Source: a virus. Taken from it: 64,000 bases of DNA. The DNA lies in the IMG/VR virus record IMGVR_UViG_3300037189_005453, positions 1 through 64,000 of that record; one strand, given 5' to 3'. Of the stretch, positions 60,554-64,000 are shown piece by piece. Under the pieces are notes generated by a model. That model was not told where the DNA came from and ran no database searches. It saw only the letters and a program-made list of their open reading frames with translations. Every line of letters starts with the position of its first letter. The first letter of the stretch is position 1. A program made the translations under genes and the position numbers.

Positions 60554-62527
60554 TTATTCAGCGGTCTTTTGGCTGAGGTTAATGACCACAAACTCAGCAG
60601 GGTACTCGAGAGCCACACCGATTTCGACGTGAACCTCTCCTGCAGCGATTGAGGCGGCGGTGTTGTTCTCGCTGTCACACTTAATGTAGTATGACTGCTC
60701 GATTGTAGTTCCACGCAAACCACCCTGGTTACGGTAGTCATTAAGGAACGTACCCAGGTTGGTGATGAGCCGAGCCCACAGCTTTTCGTCGTTGTTCTCA
60801 AAAACAGCAAACGAAGCGAGGTCGTTGAGGCGCTTCTCCAGGTAGGTAAGAGAACGACGCATGTTGATGTAGCGGTTAGCTGAACCATCCTGAAGGAGAG
60901 TACGAGCACCCATAACAACAACGCCTGCACCAGGAACGTTACGAATAGCGTTTACAACGGTTGGTGATGTTGTAGTTCCTGTTGTCTTGTAACCCGAGTT
61001 AAGAGCGTCAAGTTCAATAGAAGTGAACGCGCGCTCAATAGCGAGGGCATCAGCGACCTTTGCGTCAATACCTGCTGGGGACTTAAACGGACCAATGCGA
61101 GTGTCTGTTGCAAGGTAGATACCAACAACTGCACCTGAAGGTCCGATGTTTCGAACAGAGTTACCTGAACGGCCCAGCGGATCCTTGATGTAGATGTGCG
61201 GGTAGTAGACTGCTGCACGGCTTGACTTCGTGGTGATTGCCGCCGCAGCATCAATTGCCCCGTTAACATCGAGTCCCGCATCCGTCTCAATTACTGCGAA
61301 GTGACGTCCAAGAGTCTTTGGAGCCTCGACCCACGATACAAGTGCGTTAAACACGTACTTTGCAAGTCCCCAACCACCAAGCACTGCCGTGTTGGGGTCT
61401 GATGTAGAGGAGATCTTTCCAATAACATCAGGAAGGAAGAAGATAAGCGGACGGTCAACCACCTCAAACTCAGTAAACACGGTGCAGTTATCTACAACAA
61501 ACGAACCTGTTGAGGTGAACGGGTTGTAAACTGTGTCGCCTGTGTAGTCTGCGTAGGTAAGCGGAACCTGAGGATCAGCTGCACCAGAAAGTGCATACGT
61601 TACATCAACACTGGGTGTCGAGCCGTTAGATCCAACAGAGTACGTCACTACTGGGCTAACTGTTGTTCCGTCTGTGTTGTACTCAGTCACAGCTCCAGAA
61701 AGGACACGGACGTATGCCGAGCCGAATTCCAGAACGTTAACAATGTAGTCGCCAGAAAGCGGGTCATTGAAAACAACGCCGTTAAACTGCTCAACCAGGA
61801 TGTCATCCCCACCATTTGCAGTAACTACGTTATTAACAATGGTGTCAGCAGTTCCCTTTTCGTAAAACACTGACAGGTCGTAGTAACCATCCGTGGCCAC
61901 GGAACGGGACTTGGTAAGACGAATACGAACAGCATTTCCGTCAATTCCACGGTGCTTAGCGGCAAATGTAGCATAAGCAGGAACAAAGCTGACACTCATT
62001 GCTCCAGCACTAACGGGAACATCAGCAGTGTTAGCGTGTGTCAAAGCAAACGTTACAGTGTTGCTTGTGTAGCCCGTAATGGTGAACGTTCCGTTCAGGG
62101 TGCTGTCTGAAAACCCTGAAAGAGTAATGGCCTGAGTGTTAGAGGTAATGCCGTGAGTAGCGGTAGTCAGAGTAACAACGTTGCTTGTTACGCTGAACTT
62201 ACTAGCAGCAAATACCGACGGAGCCGAAGGAATTGCTACCTTAGAAACTTTCTTTGCCGATGTAGGAAGGATGCGCTTTACATAAAGCTCCGTTCCTCCA
62301 TTAATAAAGAATGATCCAACAGAGAATGTTGCGGGGTAGGCCTTGTTGTAACCGCCAAACTTCGAGGTGAAGTCGTACCATGAAGTAACACGGGTGACGG
62401 TGTCAGGACCCTGCGAGAAAGATGCAATAACTGCACCTGCCGCAGTTGCTGCTGCTGTGCTGTTTACTGGCGCAGCGGCAAGCGGGAGCTCATTTACATA
62501 AACTCCAGGACGATTATAAGTCGCCAT
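60554..62527 (-). CDS. tail sheath protein
   Basis: RPGVYVNE, KSPAG, GARTL, YINMRR, FENND, PAEFVVI. Confidence 0.96.
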   Translation of the reverse strand: MATYNRPGVYVNELPLAAAPVNSTAAATAAGAVIASFSQGPDTVTRVTSWYDFTSKFGGYNKAYPATFSVGSFFINGGTELYVKRILPTSAKKVSKVAIPSAPSVFAASKFSVTSNVVTLTTATHGITSNTQAITLSGFSDSTLNGTFTITGYTSNTVTFALTHANTADVPVSAGAMSVSFVPAYATFAAKHRGIDGNAVRIRLTKSRSVATDGYYDLSVFYEKGTADTIVNNVVTANGGDDILVEQFNGVVFNDPLSGDYIVNVLEFGSAYVRVLSGAVTEYNTDGTTVSPVVTYSVGSNGSTPSVDVTYALSGAADPQVPLTYADYTGDTVYNPFTSTGSFVVDNCTVFTEFEVVDRPLIFFLPDVIGKISSTSDPNTAVLGGWGLAKYVFNALVSWVEAPKTLGRHFAVIETDAGLDVNGAIDAAAAITTKSSRAAVYYPHIYIKDPLGRSGNSVRNIGPSGAVVGIYLATDTRIGPFKSPAGIDAKVADALAIERAFTSIELDALNSGYKTTGTTTSPTVVNAIRNVPGAGVVVMGARTLLQDGSANRYINMRRSLTYLEKRLNDLASFAVFENNDEKLWARLITNLGTFLNDYRNQGGLRGTTIEQSYYIKCDSENNTAASIAAGEVHVEIGVALEYPAEFVVINLSQKTAE

Positions 62528-62577
62528 GTGGTGTCTCCTAACTAGGGGTTAATTGTTTCAAGAGGTTACGAATAGTG

Positions 62578-63243
62578 TTACGGAATTACGAATGAGCCGA
62601 TACCGTCAAAGTTAGCCTCGCGGCCACCAGTAGGCATATCGACGTGTACTTCGAGTACCTTGTAGATTGCTCGGAACGCCGTCTGTACCATTTCCGAAGA
62701 AACACGCACAGTGAAAGCGTTGACAAACAGGCGCTTTGCCTGCTCGCTGTTGTTGTCGCGTTTTGCGACACTAATGAGATCCATACGTCGAAAGGTAGAT
62801 GTGATTGTCTCAGTACTTCCTGAGGTCACATCCTTCTCTACGATTTCTAGATACCCAAATCTTTGGAGACGCGTAGTAAGCATCTGCGATAGGATCTCGC
62901 GGTCATGACGAGGATGACGCGAGTACGTGGTGATTTGATAGTCAATGCTGATAGGGATAGGAAGATCCACGGAAAACTCCGTTGCTCCATCAAGCCCGAA
63001 ATTTGTAGGCTTAAGATACTCTGCGTTTGTGATACCGCGCATTTCTCGCTGGGTATCCCTTTGTACATCGATCATATCGATAGTAATATAGGGATAATTT
63101 TGTGACCTAAGTTCCTGGTCAGGCTGACCGTAAAAAACACCGACTTGCCTAGCAGTGGACGATCCGTCAGCTTTTTGGTCGTGAACAACAATCCCTTGAA
63201 GTTTTTCCCTAAGGGCCTTATCCTCTGAAAGTAGAAATGCCAT
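62578..63243 (-). CDS. probable tail terminator/completion protein
   Basis: YPYITID, IDYQITTYSR; immediately upstream of sheath. Confidence 0.6.
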   Translation of the reverse strand: MAFLLSEDKALREKLQGIVVHDQKADGSSTARQVGVFYGQPDQELRSQNYPYITIDMIDVQRDTQREMRGITNAEYLKPTNFGLDGATEFSVDLPIPISIDYQITTYSRHPRHDREILSQMLTTRLQRFGYLEIVEKDVTSGSTETITSTFRRMDLISVAKRDNNSEQAKRLFVNAFTVRVSSEMVQTAFRAIYKVLEVHVDMPTGGREANFDGIGSFVIP

Positions 63244-63551
63244 TAGTCAAACAACTCCTGCAGGTAAATACCAGCAAATAGATTTGCCGTCTCCTTTTCG
63301 CTACTCAACGTCTTTCGGATCGTAGCGGTTCCCTTGCTTGTCTCTGTACCAAATTCCATATCAAACACAACTGTTCCGTGTTCTGGAGCATGAGACATCT
63401 CGAACTGTCCCGAGTTAAACTTTACGGTCAGAGAATTTGCCGCACCTTTGGGCCAGCCATCAGAAATGGCATTCTGAGAAAGCTGCTCAGAGAGTTCCTC
63501 AGCAGCTTTTTCTCCAGCCTTATTTATGGCTTCGCTAAAAATCTTTTTCAC
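63243..63551 (-). CDS. hypothetical virion protein
   Basis: MEFGT motif typical of neck/tail completion proteins. Confidence 0.55.
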   Translation of the reverse strand: MKKIFSEAINKAGEKAAEELSEQLSQNAISDGWPKGAANSLTVKFNSGQFEMSHAPEHGTVVFDMEFGTETSKGTATIRKTLSSEKETANLFAGIYLQELFD

Positions 63552-63744
63552 GACTACGACCTGTATAGGGTTGCGGCTTCTCGAACTTGTTATTAATGTA
63601 GCCTGAGCTAAGTTGACCCATCAGTACATTCAGGGGGAGGTTAGGTCGAAGACCATTTGCTCCCTGGGTAAACTCTTTTCGCTCCTCAAATGAAAGATAG
63701 TCATTGACTTTCTCCCACCAGGGCATGTTCTTTGGAGAAGACAT
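63535..63744 (-). CDS. hypothetical protein
   Basis: AAGGA RBS. Confidence 0.6.
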   Translation of the reverse strand: MSSPKNMPWWEKVNDYLSFEERKEFTQGANGLRPNLPLNVLMGQLSSGYINNKFEKPQPYTGRSREKDF

Positions 63745-63822
63745 CGCAAAATCCCTTTTACAGGTGCAGGCTACTTACGTAGATGGGGTCCGCATGGATT
63801 CCCACCCTTTAAGCATAGGGAC

Positions 63823-63999
63823 TTATTTAGCAGCAGAAGGGCTAAACGTATTAGGCATCCAGTCTTGATTCATGGCAGTTTTATACGCGTGACAGTTAGC
63901 GCACAGTGTCATGAGATTAGATGTGTCGTTATTAGCTTTACTTCCGTCAATGTGATCGACGTGAAGCTGTGAGGCGTGCAAAGCTACAAAGCCACACTT
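63823..63999 (-). CDS. HNH endonuclease (3' part, partial)
   Basis: CGF...QLHVDHIDGSKANNDTSNLMTLCANCH. Confidence 0.85.
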   Translation of the reverse strand, partial: KCGFVALHASQLHVDHIDGSKANNDTSNLMTLCANCHAYKTAMNQDWMPNTFSPSAAK

Positions 64000-64000
64000 T

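Noticed and set aside
17825-63596. Many plus-strand ORFs in the ORF track opposite the minus-strand genes
   Set aside because: Antisense shadows with no RBS or motifs, fully overlapping well-supported genes
1-64000. Prophage or lysogeny module, or stop-codon reassignment
   Set aside because: No integrase, repressor or host genes seen; all three stop codons terminate coherent genes under the standard code

Overview
A 64-kb segment of a large, roughly 50% GC contractile-tailed phage, most likely infecting Actinobacteria (two WhiB genes, an MSMEG_6728-type glycosylase, GAAAGG/AGGAG RBSs, leaderless genes, actinobacterial-type tmRNA ends). No integrase is seen. Layout: (i) 1-4.1 kb, minus-strand accessory genes with Hsp20, tRNA-Ser and an 80-nt tmRNA tRNA-like domain lacking any tag region; (ii) 4.2-17.4 kb, a plus-strand early-type cassette (adenine methyltransferase, about 2 kb of structured non-coding DNA with three tandem pseudoknot-capped units and a hammerhead ribozyme, MoxR AAA+/vWA pair, many micro-ORFs, WhiB, HicA-like); (iii) 17.6-29.1 kb, a coupled nucleotidyltransferase/HAD/TGT-fold operon in a strand-specific AAG/GAG desert, then low-complexity proteins and SpoVS; (iv) 29.2-45.8 kb, recombination and replication genes (RuvC, Cas4-like nuclease, WhiB, resolvase, RecA, PolA, SSB, SNF2, primase, DnaB, DnaC-like, initiator); (v) 46-63.7 kb, baseplate, tape measure-M23, tube, sheath, then a partial HNH. 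All calls come from motif recognition by eye; no database searches were run. The strongest novelty candidates are the mini-tmRNA, the tandem ncRNA array and the NTase-HAD-TGT operon with its sequence desert.
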